A stretch of 64,000 bases of DNA, taken from Paramecium tetraurelia. Its lineage: Eukaryota. Positions 26,113 to 39,816 of the stretch are shown here, in pieces. Every line of letters starts with the position of its first letter. Position 1 is the first letter of the stretch. A program made the position numbers and the translations under genes. The notes below the pieces were generated by a model, which worked only from the letters and a program-made list of their open reading frames with translations, was not told where the DNA came from and made no database searches. The DNA lies in assembly GCA_000165425.1 (NCBI GenBank), contig CT868418.1:62001-126000 (forward strand). The letters are read 5' to 3'.

Positions 26113-27767
26113 ATGCGACCTAACAAACCCTCATAAGATGCCTTTGATGAAGTGCAAGGATCCTATTCAATGGACGATCAATTTAATGTATAAGAAGGGT
26201 ATAGAAATTCATATGATGAAATTCCGGCAAATTAACTTAGGTACTCTGTTTATAACATAGTATAGTGGAGATGAAGCATTAGAAAAGAGTTTTATGCAAT
26301 CAACAGGTCAATCATCTATATGGCAAAAAAAGGCATAAAAAACTTCGATTCCAATGACATCTGTAATTGTAATGAAGAGTATGGTTGGAGTGGGAATTCT
26401 AGGAATAGTATTAAATTGATTTTAAATTAGCCTTATGTAGCATCAAATTTTGGGGCTATTCTAACAATAATAATTTTGATGATCATCTTTTGTTTGGGAA
26501 TCCTATCATCGAGTCTATTGTTAAAATCTAAGAATCTTTCAAAAAGAAGTAATTTTTCAACAATCGGGTTTTATATCTTTAAGCATAAATGGATTATTAT
26601 AGTAGTGAATGTAATGATAATATTATCAAATTTGGGAGTATGTTTAAGCGAATTAATGTAATTAATCGTATATATTTTTAGTATTTTTGGAGACACAGCA
26701 AGCAATCTTATAAATTATTTTACTGATAGAACTACAGATGATCAACCATTCTATCTGAAAAGACCAGTTTTTCTAACAGTAATAAGTATATTATTGCTTC
26801 CTTTTCTACTTGTTAAATCTATTGAGAAGTTGAGATTTGTAAGTTTATTTGCTATTCTATCAATCAGTTCATTTTCATGTCTGGTAGTCTATAATTTTTT
26901 CAGAATTGATTAAACTAATAGTGAATTCTCATGGTGGATTCCTGATAATTTCAATATTAAGAGAGCTTTAGCATCTATGCCAACTTTGATATTAGCATTT
27001 AATTGGCAATTTAATCTATTTCCAATTTATAAAGGGATGGCATAACCAACTGATTAGAATTTAGTCACATCAACAATTCTTGGATTTTGTTAGGGATCTT
27101 TCCTATATTTGATAGTAGGATTGCTAGGATATGCAACTTATGGAACAAATGTAATAAATCTCAATAAATTATAGATTCAACCAAACTTTTTATTAAGTAT
27201 TGATGAAGAGGACGTTGGCGCAACTTTATTTGTTATTTTGAATTTAACCTTTGTGTTTTCTACAACTCTTACATTGCCGGTGATATTTTTTGGAGGAAGA
27301 AACAATTTTATTTAAATGATCAAACAATTCACAGTAATGATTTTTATTAAATGTAGGAAAATAAAAAAGTGAACATTTCGGCCAAAAAGAAACTATTAGA
27401 TAACTAATAAACTGAGTAGTATTACAAAGATTTGTTGTAATTCAAAAAGAAATCTTAAGCTATTCGATTTTATGGGATCAGTATTGGATTGTTTATTTTA
27501 TTGGCTATTGGAGCAGTTTTCATAAAAAATTTAGGAACTGTCTACAATTTATTAGGATCCGTAGCATGCAATGCAATTTAATTAGGACTACCTACATTAT
27601 TCTATGTATTTTTGGTAAAACAAGTGAAGAAAATGAAATTTCGAAGTTATTCAAATAAATTATTTTATGTTTTTGTGTGTGTTCTTTTAGGTGTAAGCAT
27701 AATTTTAACATTCTTATGTGTGACCTGTGAATTTATTTAACCAGAAAAAGAGGTTGCTGATGATTGA
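26113..27767 (+). CDS. Amino-acid transporter (Aa_trans/SLC38-like)
   Basis: MKSMVGVGILGI|PY; many transmembrane segments; KSIEKLRFVS; LAFNWQFNLFPIY; GLLGYATYG; about six micro-introns. Confidence 0.88.
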
Positions 27768-27833
27768 TATTTGTATAACTATTTATAAATAATAAGAAAA
27801 TTAAAGGAAGTATTTTAATAAATAAAATAAATA

Positions 27834-28953
27834 ATGGATTAAAATTCCGCCAATCGAGATGAGAACTCAGTCTAGGCAAAACTCAGAAGGAGAAGAAACG
27901 ATTCAAATAATAGAGACTATTCTTGTGGTTGTGGAAAAAGCTATTTAAGTTATGCAGCCCTGTATACTCATTTAAAGTATGATGTAAATACGATCGAAAG
28001 ATAGAAACATGATTCTAAGGCTCCTGATGGAACTTAATTGCCCAATAATGCAAATTAAAGACCAGGAAGAGGTAGACCAAGAAGAGTAACTTAAATATAA
28101 TATACTATGAGCAAGATGATTAAGATAGAAAAAGTGCTAAATCTGATGAAGGATAATCAGAAAGTGGAAATGAACCTGATGATATTCTGGAAGAGCTTTT
28201 AACTTTTTTGGATAGTTTAGGTAGTTTTAGATAAACTGAAAAACTGTCTAGCGATGTTGATATTTAGGCTTTTCTTCTTTCAAATTTTCCTTAAACTGTC
28301 TTTTCAAATTATCAAGAATATTAGGGAATATTTGATTTATTAAAAGATATTACAGATGAAAAAGTACTCAATGTTTTAATTAAAAGATTAAAGTTTAAGA
28401 TATTGATCAAATTGCTAATGAACCTTTTGATAAGGATAAGTCTTTGCGTAAAACAAATATTACTAAGATATTGGCATATTTCTTGATATAAATAGGTCCA
28501 AAGTTAAATGCTGAAGCATATAGAGAAGTAAGTAATTTTACTAGATATTTTAATAGATGTGTATATTCATCATATGTTTTTAAAAATGTTTGAATACGTT
28601 GGGTTATTTCGCACTCTAAAAATACTACTAGGATTAAAAGAATGGAGATAATAAATAATTGGATATCAAAGAGGGTGATATTTTTTAAAATATATTTAGA
28701 GGTCTCACAAAACTAGGAGTTCTGTGATGTTCAAAATGGAGAGCATATGCTATTAATTTCAAATGAATTTATTTTAACATCTTTACCTTAATCTTATTCA
28801 GGATTAGAGAAGGTCGAAAAGAGTTTCAAAATATTTGGTAGTTGTGCTGAAAAATTAAAAAATGCTGTGTATGTTACATAGCATTTCTCGTATTGGTTAT
28901 ATTCTTTAAAATTTACAAATTCAAGATTAGATTTTTATACTGAGGATGATTGA
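27834..28953 (+). CDS. C2H2-type zinc finger plus AT-hook-like (RGRP) DNA-binding protein
   Basis: RDYSCGCGKSYLSYAALYTHLK|QKH followed by RPGRGRPRR. Confidence 0.8.
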
Positions 28954-29015
28954 TCATTTTTAATTATAAATGTGTGTTTAAATATATAGACAGAAATTAT
29001 TAATTAAATATTAAA

Positions 29016-29909
29016 ATGAGTGAGTTGGAATATGTGAATCTTGAAAAACAATCAAAAGGAAATAAAAACAGAAATAATAATTAATTCAATAGAAGAGGAA
29101 GAAGAGGAGATAGAAACTTTTCAAACAGAGGATCTAGGCCTTAATGGAAATAAAGATAAATACAATAAAGATAATAATAATAACAAGTACATCTTTTTGA
29201 AAACATTACAGGGATAATAAAGATCAAACAGATTCAGAAGAATACCAACTGGATAAGCTAGAAGATAAAGATTAAATCGAATCTAAAACAGGCCTAGATA
29301 ATAGGAAAGGGAAAGAGGTAGAGATAGAGTGAGGGAAAGAGTTAGAGATAGAGATGGTGAAAGAGATAGAGAAAGAGAAAGAGAAAGAGAAAGAAATAGG
29401 GAAGAATAGAGATATACTAATAGAGATAGGGATAGAGAAGTCAACTCAAAAGGACCTAGACCCAATGTAATTGTCAGAGGGTTAGATCCACACCAAACGG
29501 AGACTGGACTTAGAGTATAATATCTTATTTTAACATTTTTAGGAATTCTGTTCTTAATTTGGACCAATGGAGATGTGCAAATTGGAAAGAGACAATTTTG
29601 GAAATGTTAGGGTATTATATTTAAATTATTTGAATATAGCCTGAGGGAATTGGTTTGATTAGATTCTTTAAATAAGAAAATGCTGAATTATTTGTTTCAA
29701 AAGTTGATGGTGAGGTAGTCAATGTCAATGGAGATGATAAAAGTGTAAGTATTTTATATAATTGGTAGTTGAGAAGACTGTCTGCTAAATTAGTTGGGCA
29801 GAATAATAAAAATAATAATGAAAGATAAACTAGTGGAATTCTTAAGATAAGCAGAGGTCCTATTCAAAAGTAATTATCATCTAACATTATTAGATCATGG
29901 AGAAGATGA
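29016..29909 (+). CDS. RRM RNA-binding protein with RG- and RE/RD-rich region
   Basis: RRGGRGDR, (RE/RD)n tract 29306-29436, then RNP2-like NVIVRGL and RNP1-like GIGLIRF. Confidence 0.72.
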
Positions 29910-30118
29910 AATGGTGATATATGAATTAATAATATTAAAAACAAATCCTAAATATTTAGCATTAACTATGGTAAATAGCTTTATGGAGAAGTCTTTATAA
30001 GGATGTATTGTATTTAGATAATAATAAACATACTCTTTAGACTTTATCTATAAACTACTATCTTCACATATATTATCTATAATTATACACAGTTACGATA
30101 CGAATAATATGAATACAA

Positions 30119-31301
30119 TCATCTAATTTATTGCATTACTTTTAGGACATCTACCTTTGATTTAGGTTCTCTGATTTTCTTTGGTTCTTGCAAACAATAT
30201 TTGATCATAAAATATTTTAATGGATCAATCACTATTAAATCTAATAGTAAACTAGGTAGATATTCAATAAACCAATATAAATTATCAAAACTTAGAAACA
30301 CAATGAGCCAAATAATTATTCCAATACTTGAAATCCAAAGCAAAATTAAACCATATTTCAAATTTTGATGATGACGAACAATGCCTTTTATTGCATAATA
30401 ATCACTTATTTTGAACAGGAAACAACAGCTTGAAGTAATCCCAATAATAATCCACAAATTGAGATTTGGTAGATAATGAATAAGCACTCCTGACACATCC
30501 AAACAAATTAGTTATCTAAAATATGTAGTAAGGGTCATAAAGGTTCTTGATATCCCTTCTTTATGGGAATAAAATATTTTACTAAATTAATGACATTTCT
30601 ATTTTTATTTTTATTTATACATAAAAATCATTTTGTGGTTTTGGTATTTAATAATTTGGATCGCATTTGATAGCTTCAGCCTTTCCAAAATTACTAAATT
30701 GTGAAATTCTTGGTTGATTTTATTAATATTTTTGGTTGCTTGATCTCGGTGTAAAATCACCTACACTGCTCCTATCGCTTTGTATTTACGATAACTTCTT
30801 TCCAGGAGTCCTTAAGCTTCTCCTATTTGTAGTCTATGCAGTCTCAATTCCTTCAAAAGTGCCAATTGTAGGTTTTCTCAAAATAGTCTTTCTCAATGTA
30901 TTAGATCTTTGAGGAGTTCTATTAATTCTTGGAGATTAGACTTATTTTGTGTCAACAGTAAAACGAATCGGAGAATTTTATTCTGTAATATTTCTTTCTC
31001 CATTACTATAAAATTAATCCTCTTAATTCAAATTAGGTGAATTATCTCCTGGATTATTAAAAAAATCATCTAATTCGTTGTTTTCAAATCTAGTTAATTG
31101 TTGGCTTCTCATTTGGCTCTATATCTTTGATGTAATTGGTAAAATTCCAAAAGTTGTTTCACCTGGTGTCTTATTAATAGGTTGTGGAGATACTGATGCT
31201 AGTCTATATGATTTATCTAAAAGATATCCGATCAATATAATCAAGATAATGAATACTGTCCATGATGCTAAATATACTAAAATTATTAAGTTAGTAATCA
31301 T
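30119..31301 (-). CDS. Membrane protein: N-terminal TM, S/P-rich loop, C-terminal multi-TM block
   Basis: MITNLIILVYLASWTVFIILIILIGYLL; C-terminal hydrophobic helices ending ...LLLDLIVIDPLKYF...KVMQQIR*. Confidence 0.72.
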
Positions 31302-31806
31302 AATTTATTTTATAATATTTCTTTCAAAAATTCTATCTTGATTCCAATGATACAAAACTTTAAACTTTTGAAAAGTGAATCATTATTAATTAATAGCAAT
31401 AATGCTCTAATTCTATTTGGAATTATGAATTTTGTATATAAAGGAAGATTATTTATATCTATAATAAAAGCCAGATTTATTTTGATTTATTCTTAACTTT
31501 TTTGTTAATTGATCTCTTTTAGTCTGTAATCTCAAATCATATAATCAATAAATCAAATATCTCTAAATTTTTAATTCTTAAGTTATTTTAATAATTATCA
31601 TTCTACATATATTTTGATTTATTTCAATTGCAATTATAATAAAAATGAGAATAACAAAATTTAAATAGATAATAAACAAAATGAATAAATAGAGTATATT
31701 TATATTTTCAAAACGACTCTAGAATTTAGAGTGAAATATATATTTGAGTTTATTTTAAATATTATTGTTGTCATATATTATAACTCTATCTATTTAGTTT
31801 TTCTCA

Positions 31807-32945
31807 TCATTTATCTCTACCCATGCATGAGAATAAACTAACTATTCTTTGAAAGACATTTTTATCTTCATGAGAACTTTTAGGAGCAATTTATTATTGT
31901 TGGTAGCTTGCTTATGTTTCATCGGAATATGAATATGAGTTTTCTTCGTTTTTTAAATTATTCTGAGATTCCTTAGTAATATATGGATGTTATATTATCT
32001 CAGTTAATGTGATTCTTTTGTCAGGTTCAGGAACTAGCATCTTAATAATCAAATCCTTAGCATAGGGGTCAGCCATAGTAAAAGAGGGTTCAGTGAAATT
32101 TAGAATTTGTTCAATCATTTCATCTTCAGTGCCTATAGAATTTATTAGATTATGAATACCAGAAAGGATTGGTTTTTTTTCTAGCAACCAATATAGGAGA
32201 CAACCTAAACTCCAAATATCAACAGAATAGGATTGTGGATAATTCCTTAAAATTTCAGGTGCCATGAATTCATAGGTACCAGAAAAGTTACTTATGACAT
32301 CCTTTTAAGTAGCCAAACCAAAATCGCATAATTTAACATTATTTTTGTCACTTAACAATACATTAGTTGGTTTGATGTCTCTATGGATTATTCCTTTATT
32401 GTGGAGATATTGTAATGCATTGCATAATTGAATTATTATCTATTTTGGATTAACTTATGTAGTAGTGGTCAAATGACCATTTTCTAAAAACATAGAAATT
32501 ATATGAATACTTGCATATTCTTAAATCAAATATAAATGATCGTCTTTCTCTAAGAATTATAATAGTTAAATGATGTATTTGTGCTTTAGTTATTTGTGTA
32601 TTTTAAGTTCCCTGTAAGCTAGATTTTTATTTATTTTTTTTATCGCAAAATTATATCCATTCAGTTATTTTAAGTACACCATTCCAAAACTACCTTTTCC
32701 TATTAGATTCATTTCATCATCCAATTAACTTACAGTTAATCTAGGAACTATTTCAAATAAACCATTGCAAACCAATTAATGATATCCCTCCCTATACAAA
32801 ATGTAATCACTAAGTACCAATCGAAGTCTCTACATTTAATAGAACAATAGAATGCATTAGAACAATTGTCACAAGTTATCTAGGTGCCACTTATTATAGA
32901 GTTGTATTGTATCTGCTCATTGCATTTCGAGTTTTAGCAATTCAT
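31807..32945 (-). CDS. MYND zinc finger fused to an Aurora/CAMK-like Ser/Thr kinase
   Basis: MNCQNSKC...[56 protein letters not shown]. Confidence 0.85.
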
Positions 32946-33027
32946 GTTTAGGTTTCAGAAAAGGAAAATTTATTAAACTAAAATAACAAATACATTTTAA
33001 TCGTATTATATGTGTATTAACATAAAA

Positions 33028-33541
33028 TCAATTATAGCTATATGGTACAACAATCTCCTCTTACTAAATAATAAATCACATAATCTTACATGATGTAAGG
33101 GAACCAAATCAATCCAATCAGCACTGTTCAATGGAAGCAACCCAATGTTGTATAATTTATACAGCACTACTCCCAACTACAATAATCCAGCAGATAAATA
33201 AATCAATTTATATAAAAACAACGATATTCCTCTGTTCTCCAATGATGAAAATGCTTGATCCATTTTCGCAATTGTGGAAATGGCTTACCATAAAAATTAC
33301 CCAATGATAACAATTGTAAATATGTTCATCATATTTCCTGTCATATACAAAGTGAACATAATCATAAAAATGTTTCCAAATCCTCCCTTAGCAATACCCA
33401 TGGCTTTCTAAATTGCTTACTAAATGGCCTTACTTTCTCTAAATCATCCCTCAACTCTTATCCCTAACAATCATCAAATGCTTTTTTATAGCCCACAGGA
33501 TCAGGTAAACTGTTTTCTCGCTTTATTTTGATTTCCCACAT
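33028..33541 (-). CDS. EMC4: ER membrane protein complex subunit 4 (TMEM85)
   Basis: LPDPVGY; KAMGIAKGGFGNIFMIMFTLYMTGNMMNIFTIVII; YKLYNIGLLPLNSADWI. Confidence 0.85.
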
Positions 33542-33574
33542 ATAAAATATATATTCTTATTATATAAAATTATA

Positions 33575-34641
33575 TCATCGTAATTTCGATTATCCAATTT
33601 CTACTTTATAGAGTTCCTTATAGATTACTGAAATGGATTTATCAAGAGTGGAAATTAAATGTCCAGAGCCTTAATGAACTATAGGAGCCTAATAGATTAT
33701 AAGAGATTCTACTTTGCTATTTCTTTCTTTAATTATATTGCATTTCTTTAAGATTTATTTAGAAGTTTCAACAGGGTTGAAAGTCTCTGTTTCATTGCCT
33801 TGTTTTGGCTAAGTTCCATTGTCCTCCTGTTTGTTTTAGTTTTCGTATGAGATAGTTTTTTGTCTTTCTTGAGATGTAGGCGGTTTTCTTTTGCTATCCT
33901 CTTATGTATGAACCTAAGGAAGTGATCGTGCATGATCCATTATAGATACTTAGTATTTTTATATATATTTACATGGTAGATTATTGTACATAGTTTGAGC
34001 AGCCTAAAAATGAGTTTTATTATGTAATGATGGTAGCAAATTCTTTGCTATCAGTCTTGATAAGTATGCCTTCCTTTCTAATGAAGACATGCCTTCTGAA
34101 AAATGTTCTATATTGAGAATCTTTTTATTATCAAATTTCATGTTCTCCACTTGAGATTGAGTATGATCTTTCAAAAATTATTCTATTCTTGCTAAGGCAG
34201 TTTTATCTCTATATCTAAAAACATCTCTTTTTATGTCTTTAGAAGGATCTCTTTCTCTAAAGCAATATTTTCCTGCCTTTAAATTTGGCAAGAAATCCAA
34301 ACTGTTATTCTTCTCCTATGCTTCTTGGATTCTATCCTTTTCATGCTTAAATCCTTTAACATATATTTGTGGATCTCCAAGATTCTTTGTAGGATCTTCA
34401 TCTCTAAATTAATATGCCTCAGGTGGCTTGTACTCATTGCATACGATAGGTTACTCCAACATGTTTATCAGAAAGTTTTCTATTCTTTTCTTATAGTTTT
34501 TGGATAATCTTTGATTAAGTTCTGATTTAATATCTCAAAAATACCTTTACGATTCTCCCTTTACTTTATGTACTCCTTTTTGATTTTGTCTATCTCTTTT
34601 GTGAATGCCAATTACTTATCGTACTGGTAACTATTAAACAT
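33575..34641 (-). CDS. Hypothetical coiled-coil protein
   Basis: MFNSYQYDKQ start; spliced ORF ending ILKKCNIIK...GSGHLISTLDK...GQSKLR*. Confidence 0.65.
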
Positions 34642-35321
34642 ATGACTTAATTTTACTCTCCTTTATAATAATAAATTATATTTATATAAAATAATATATT
34701 AGTAGTTATTATATTCTTGTTACAAATTTACAATGCAATTCAAAGTTAATGAATGTTATTTATTCAAAGTAAGAATATCTCCTACAATTTTCATCCTTCA
34801 ACATAAGATTATATTGTATTTTAATTTATTCAAATTTCCCTATCATAATATTCTTTAAACTGTCTTCCATATGTAGAACAGATAATTTAATTTAAATATA
34901 TGCTCCAAATAATCTAGAGAATAAAGATTAGATTCAATTAGTTATTTGTTGATTTAAGAATTATTCTATTAGAATTTTCAACTCAAAAGATAAAATTGCG
35001 AAAAAGAGAATCTTCTTATATAACTAATATTTAAAAATTACTTCTTTAACATTTATAGTGATTCACTATTCAACCAACTTAAAAATTGAATAATATTGAC
35101 CTATTCTCTATACTCCAAGATATCATCTCACTAATAGAAGAAATTCAAAATATTGAGATAGTCTTTAAGCTAAAAATATTGTATCTGATAATTGTAATTA
35201 ATTTATTTAGATGAATTATTCAAAATCATAATTTATTTATATACTAAAATTAATATTTGTGTTTTGTATATATAAATAATTCAAGATTAAAGAAGCATTT
35301 ACTTCTTCTATCAACTTCCGT

Positions 35322-35844
35322 ATGAAACAAAAAAACTAATTTTAGTTGAAGAATGCAAAAACTTAAAGTATTTATTCGTCTGAATCAACAATTCAAACTC
35401 CTTCTAGATAATTATCACCTAAGTCACCATAGATTTAGATTTCATCTGCTTTATCCTATTCGAGTATCACCCCTTAATTATTAAATAGATTTGCCTGTTT
35501 AATCTGATGCATTATATTAGGTGAAAATAAAAGAACTTTTAGAAGAAAATTAAAAGTTGATTCATAAAAGCTCCATGCAAGACTTAATCATTAATAGATT
35601 ATAATAAATAGAAGAATTGGAACCAACACGATCAAGCAGAATTAATACTTTAAACAATACTCGCAACAATAGCAAGAAACAAATCAATAAAATTTAAAAC
35701 TTCGTTTACACTAGCCAAAAAGAGAGCAAAGATGATAAACTGCTATTCACATTCTACAGTCCAGAACCAAATCAGAAAACCAATGTTTGTAAGCTTCCAA
35801 AGGTGTTCTAAGTGATTCCAAAGAAGAGAAAATACTTTATATGA
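35322..35844 (+). CDS. Hypothetical basic protein whose model requires an 8-nt micro-exon
   Basis: ATG 35322; introns 35464-35488 and 35497-35520 give a continuous frame to TGA 35842-35844. Confidence 0.62.
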
Positions 35845-35932
35845 CCAATTGTTATTATTTGATAACATCGTTAATTTATAATTTGTATCTGATCTTTAAA
35901 ATTAAGGATTTATCTTATTTATTACTTTAAAC

Positions 35933-37860
35933 ATGGGGATTCTTAGGAAAGCAGTAGAATTAGTATAATTTCATTTTTACATTAATATCATGGTATTTTT
36001 ATCTTAAATTACTTATCGTTTGATAATTTTATTTTTATTTTTAAATCTCATTAGTTCTCTATATTTTATTAATAAATTCTATATTCAACGGAATAACCAC
36101 TACCAAAAATCAAAATTCATCTAGAATTTGTCTATTAACATTATAATAGCTTAAATTACAGTAATTCAACAAAGATCCAACATATAATTGAACCATATCT
36201 TATACAAAATATTGAGATATATTATCTCAAAAATTACACTTCCCTAACAAGTTAATGATAAATCATTTGTAGTTACGATAATATTTACTGTAAACTCCTT
36301 AAATGAGAGCTATCATGAATTTCAAATAAAGTGTTTCTCATTTCAATACTGCTATCCAAAAACATAATCAAAGGAGGAATATAAAAACACAAAATATTTG
36401 GGTTAATCCTTTAAAACATATTATTGAAATATGGTTTGACTTTTGTCTTTCAAATAAATGATTAAGAAGTAAGTTAGAGTTGTAATTGAAAAATTAGAAG
36501 CTTCTTAGATATCAGAATTTTACAAAGATGATATACAAAATAGAGGTATTATTTAGTTATATGTTTTAGAGCTTGAGAGTTTATAACTATAAATTTTAGA
36601 GTAACATGGATGAAGAAGATCAAAATAAGGATTAAATTGATACATAATTATTTTAAATTGCTAATAATTTATGAAAAGTACTCATTATTAGAACTGCTGG
36701 GAATTTCATTTAATTGTAAAACAATGTATACTTCCTTACTTATGGCAAGAGGTTATAGATTTATATCAAAGAGAATCAATCAGTATAGATACTGATTTGG
36801 AGTTTATAATAAAGTACTGGAATTATTAAATCATAGCTGCTATATCATTTGTTACTTATTAGATTAGATATATAAACACAATATTATATTCAATAACATT
36901 CTTTTCATTTTGAGAGTTTTTCATAGACTTATAGATACTTTCTAAGATGAGAGAGTGAATTATTGCATATGTAAATTAACTATTAATATATTAAAGTGCG
37001 TACCTAATATTTTTGAATAAAAATTTGAATGAGTTGAAGTAATCTTTGAGTGAAATTCTCTTATTTAAAGTGATAAAGGTTAACTATCATGTGTTGACAA
37101 TCATCCCTTTGAAGTTAGTGTTCTAACAAGCTCTTTTCTTGAGTATTACAAAATTCTACAATTGTTTTCAAATTAAAGTTCTTCAAAATTCTATAATCTT
37201 CCTTTGATTATGGAACATATCCATAACAAATATTTTTATTAAGTTAGAATATCATTTATTTTACTTTTGCTAAATTATCTGAATAGACTAATAAAGCATC
37301 TTTATAATATGATTCTAAAAAATAATAACAATACTGTTTACATTCAGATTCTAAATCCAGTTTTTACACAGGACTTGAAAACTCACTTTTGGTCAAGAAG
37401 TGATATTAATACTGTATCTAAGGATCAGCTACATCTAAGAGGCAAGTGTATTAAGAAATTCCATCTTTATTTTTCATTCTAATTCTTTTTTAAAATTTGC
37501 CCAGAGTTTCAGGAGATCCAGAAATATAGATCAAGCAATTTGATGGATTTAAACACTAAAAGCAAACCTTTCTGTAGTTCCACACATCAATTGTATGTTT
37601 AGTAGTTACTCTATTGGGTCCAGATTCCCATAAAACAGTTTAAATACTCTCATATTGAGAAATGAAATATTTATACTCAATTTTATGGTAGGCTATCTCC
37701 ACTTCCCAAATATCATTCTAAAGATTGATATAATAATTACTTCCGTCCAATTCATTCGGATTGCTTGTTTAGGATTCCATTGCCCCAAATACTTTGAATT
37801 CCCAGAAATATACACAGCCTAACCGAATTCAGTTTTGAATTGGATTTTTAAATGAATCAT
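35933..37860 (+). pseudogene. Degenerate gene-like region (~1.9 kb)
   Basis: Long coding-like stretches broken by several in-frame TGA codons and frame changes that I could not remove with micro-introns. Confidence 0.35.
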
Positions 37861-38501
37861 TTTCACCAAAGAGAGTCAATAAATAATTAATTTCAAAGGA
37901 TTTATTTGAGATGCTTAAGATGCTTTTTATAATACGTAAGAATTTTAATATTAATTAGAAATTTATGATTAAGTAATTTCACTTCAAATAATCAATTACT
38001 ATCATATATCAGCTTACATACTAGATAAATAGTACTTTTATATAACCCAATATAACTAAAGATTGTAAATTGATTTTTAAGTAAGTAAATCAAATTGTAA
38101 AAGTATTATTGATCATATTTAAATAAATGGACTGGGGGGTGCAAATTAACATTTGAGACTAGATGAACATTTTTATTTTTAAACTTGAATTTATTTGTAA
38201 CATAAAATAAGTAATGTCTAATCAATGCCATTAATTTATATATATTTAATATTAATGTTATTATTTAACCCATTTCAGTGAATACTACTCAATAATATAT
38301 CATTTTACCCTTCATAATCGCTCAGTTTTATTGTTGTTGTTGTTCCAATCCAAAATTATCTGCTCAATGATGTCTTCAAAATTCTTACTTTCAGCTTTGT
38401 CTTACACTCCTTCTAGCCAATTTATATGTTTAAAAACACAGAATTTATTGGAAAATATAACTAATAAAATAATTATTATCCTAAATTGTTTAATGTATAT
38501 T

Positions 38502-39651
38502 TCAAATCTCTAATTCTTAGATATAGCTCTTGATTTATGGATTAAGTCTAGTAGTGAAGATCTCAATGCATTCATTAATTATATTTAATTCATTGAATCT
38601 GAAAATGTAAAATAAATTATTACTTTATTTATCGTAAATTTTGGTTTGCTCTTAAATCATCATCACAAGTTTTTCTCCAATCTTTGTACTCCTAATTTTT
38701 TACAGTTAAAAATTGCTCTTTTGTTTCAATATCATTTTGAAATTCAAGTAATTTCTGCTTCAACTTTTCTGCCTCTGCCTGTAATGAGGCTATTGTAGTG
38801 GTAAAAGTTTATAATTCTGAATCATATCTACTTTTTTATAATGAATAAAGTTCCTCCTTTTGTTCATCTCCGGATCTATCAACAGAGAGCAAGTGTTACA
38901 ATGACTATTTTAATTACTAATTAAATTACTTCAACAAGTTCATCAATTATTTATATGATTTTGGGTACATTATCGTCGCCTGCAGCTGCAATCAGAATTT
39001 TGACTAATCCGTGATATGGACTACTCTTATTTAAGGATTCAAGATGCTTGTGTAATTTAGCTCTAACATCACCTACTTACAAAAAGGAACTTTTAAGTTA
39101 TGATAAAATGGCTTTTGCTTTTTTTAATCCTGATATAAAATCTATGGTTTCTTATTATTTTTATGAGAAATCTTTCTAATTTATATATTTCACATACTTT
39201 TTCAACTGATCTTGAAAATTCTGCTCCATTTCTTCGATCTTAAACTCTCTTTTATTAATCAACTTTATCTTTAATTTGATATGCAATGATATTTAATTCT
39301 TCTTATTTGAAGGGTAAAGTTCTCTCATTATCAGCTTTTTTATTTGAAGCATTCTCAATTACAGTTTGCAATTCATTAAATCGTTATTCGCAAGATTCCT
39401 AACTTTGTTTAATAGCTTATGAATTGTCATCTAGATCAATTTGAGTAGCTTTTTACATGGCCAAAAGTTAATTTACAACTCCATCAACGGATGCACTTAA
39501 AATGAATGAAATTTTACTCTTCGCTTTCTAATGTAATTTGCATAGTTGCTATAATAGTTTTTCCAAATTCATAATTTTAGAGTTATGCTAATAATTCATA
39601 ATCATTTGCTGCTACAACAAAGATGACTGAGAATATCAAGGATAAATTCAT
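38502..39651 (-). CDS. TMP: Trichocyst matrix protein / granule-lattice-like precursor
   Basis: Signal peptide MNLSLIFSVIFVVAA, FGKTIIATMQITL pro-region motif, helical repeats with a basic central linker; about three micro-introns. Confidence 0.72.
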
Positions 39652-39816
39652 ATTTAATAATAAATAAAAACGATATAATCTCTAATATTTATATATAATG
39701 ATCAATTCTTATTTATGATCATGACAAGCATGTGAAAATCAAAAATACATAGAAATCTAAAAAGTTAAATGTAAATTTATTCTTGTATATTAAAAAGAAA
39801 CTTAAAGTCATTCCTT

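Noticed and set aside
29283..29567. Minus-strand (SL)n ORF
   Set aside because: Antisense shadow of the RE/RD repeat of the plus-strand RRM gene.
34733..35100. ~118-codon plus-strand code-6 ORF
   Set aside because: No recognisable motif; ORFs of this length are common with a single stop codon.
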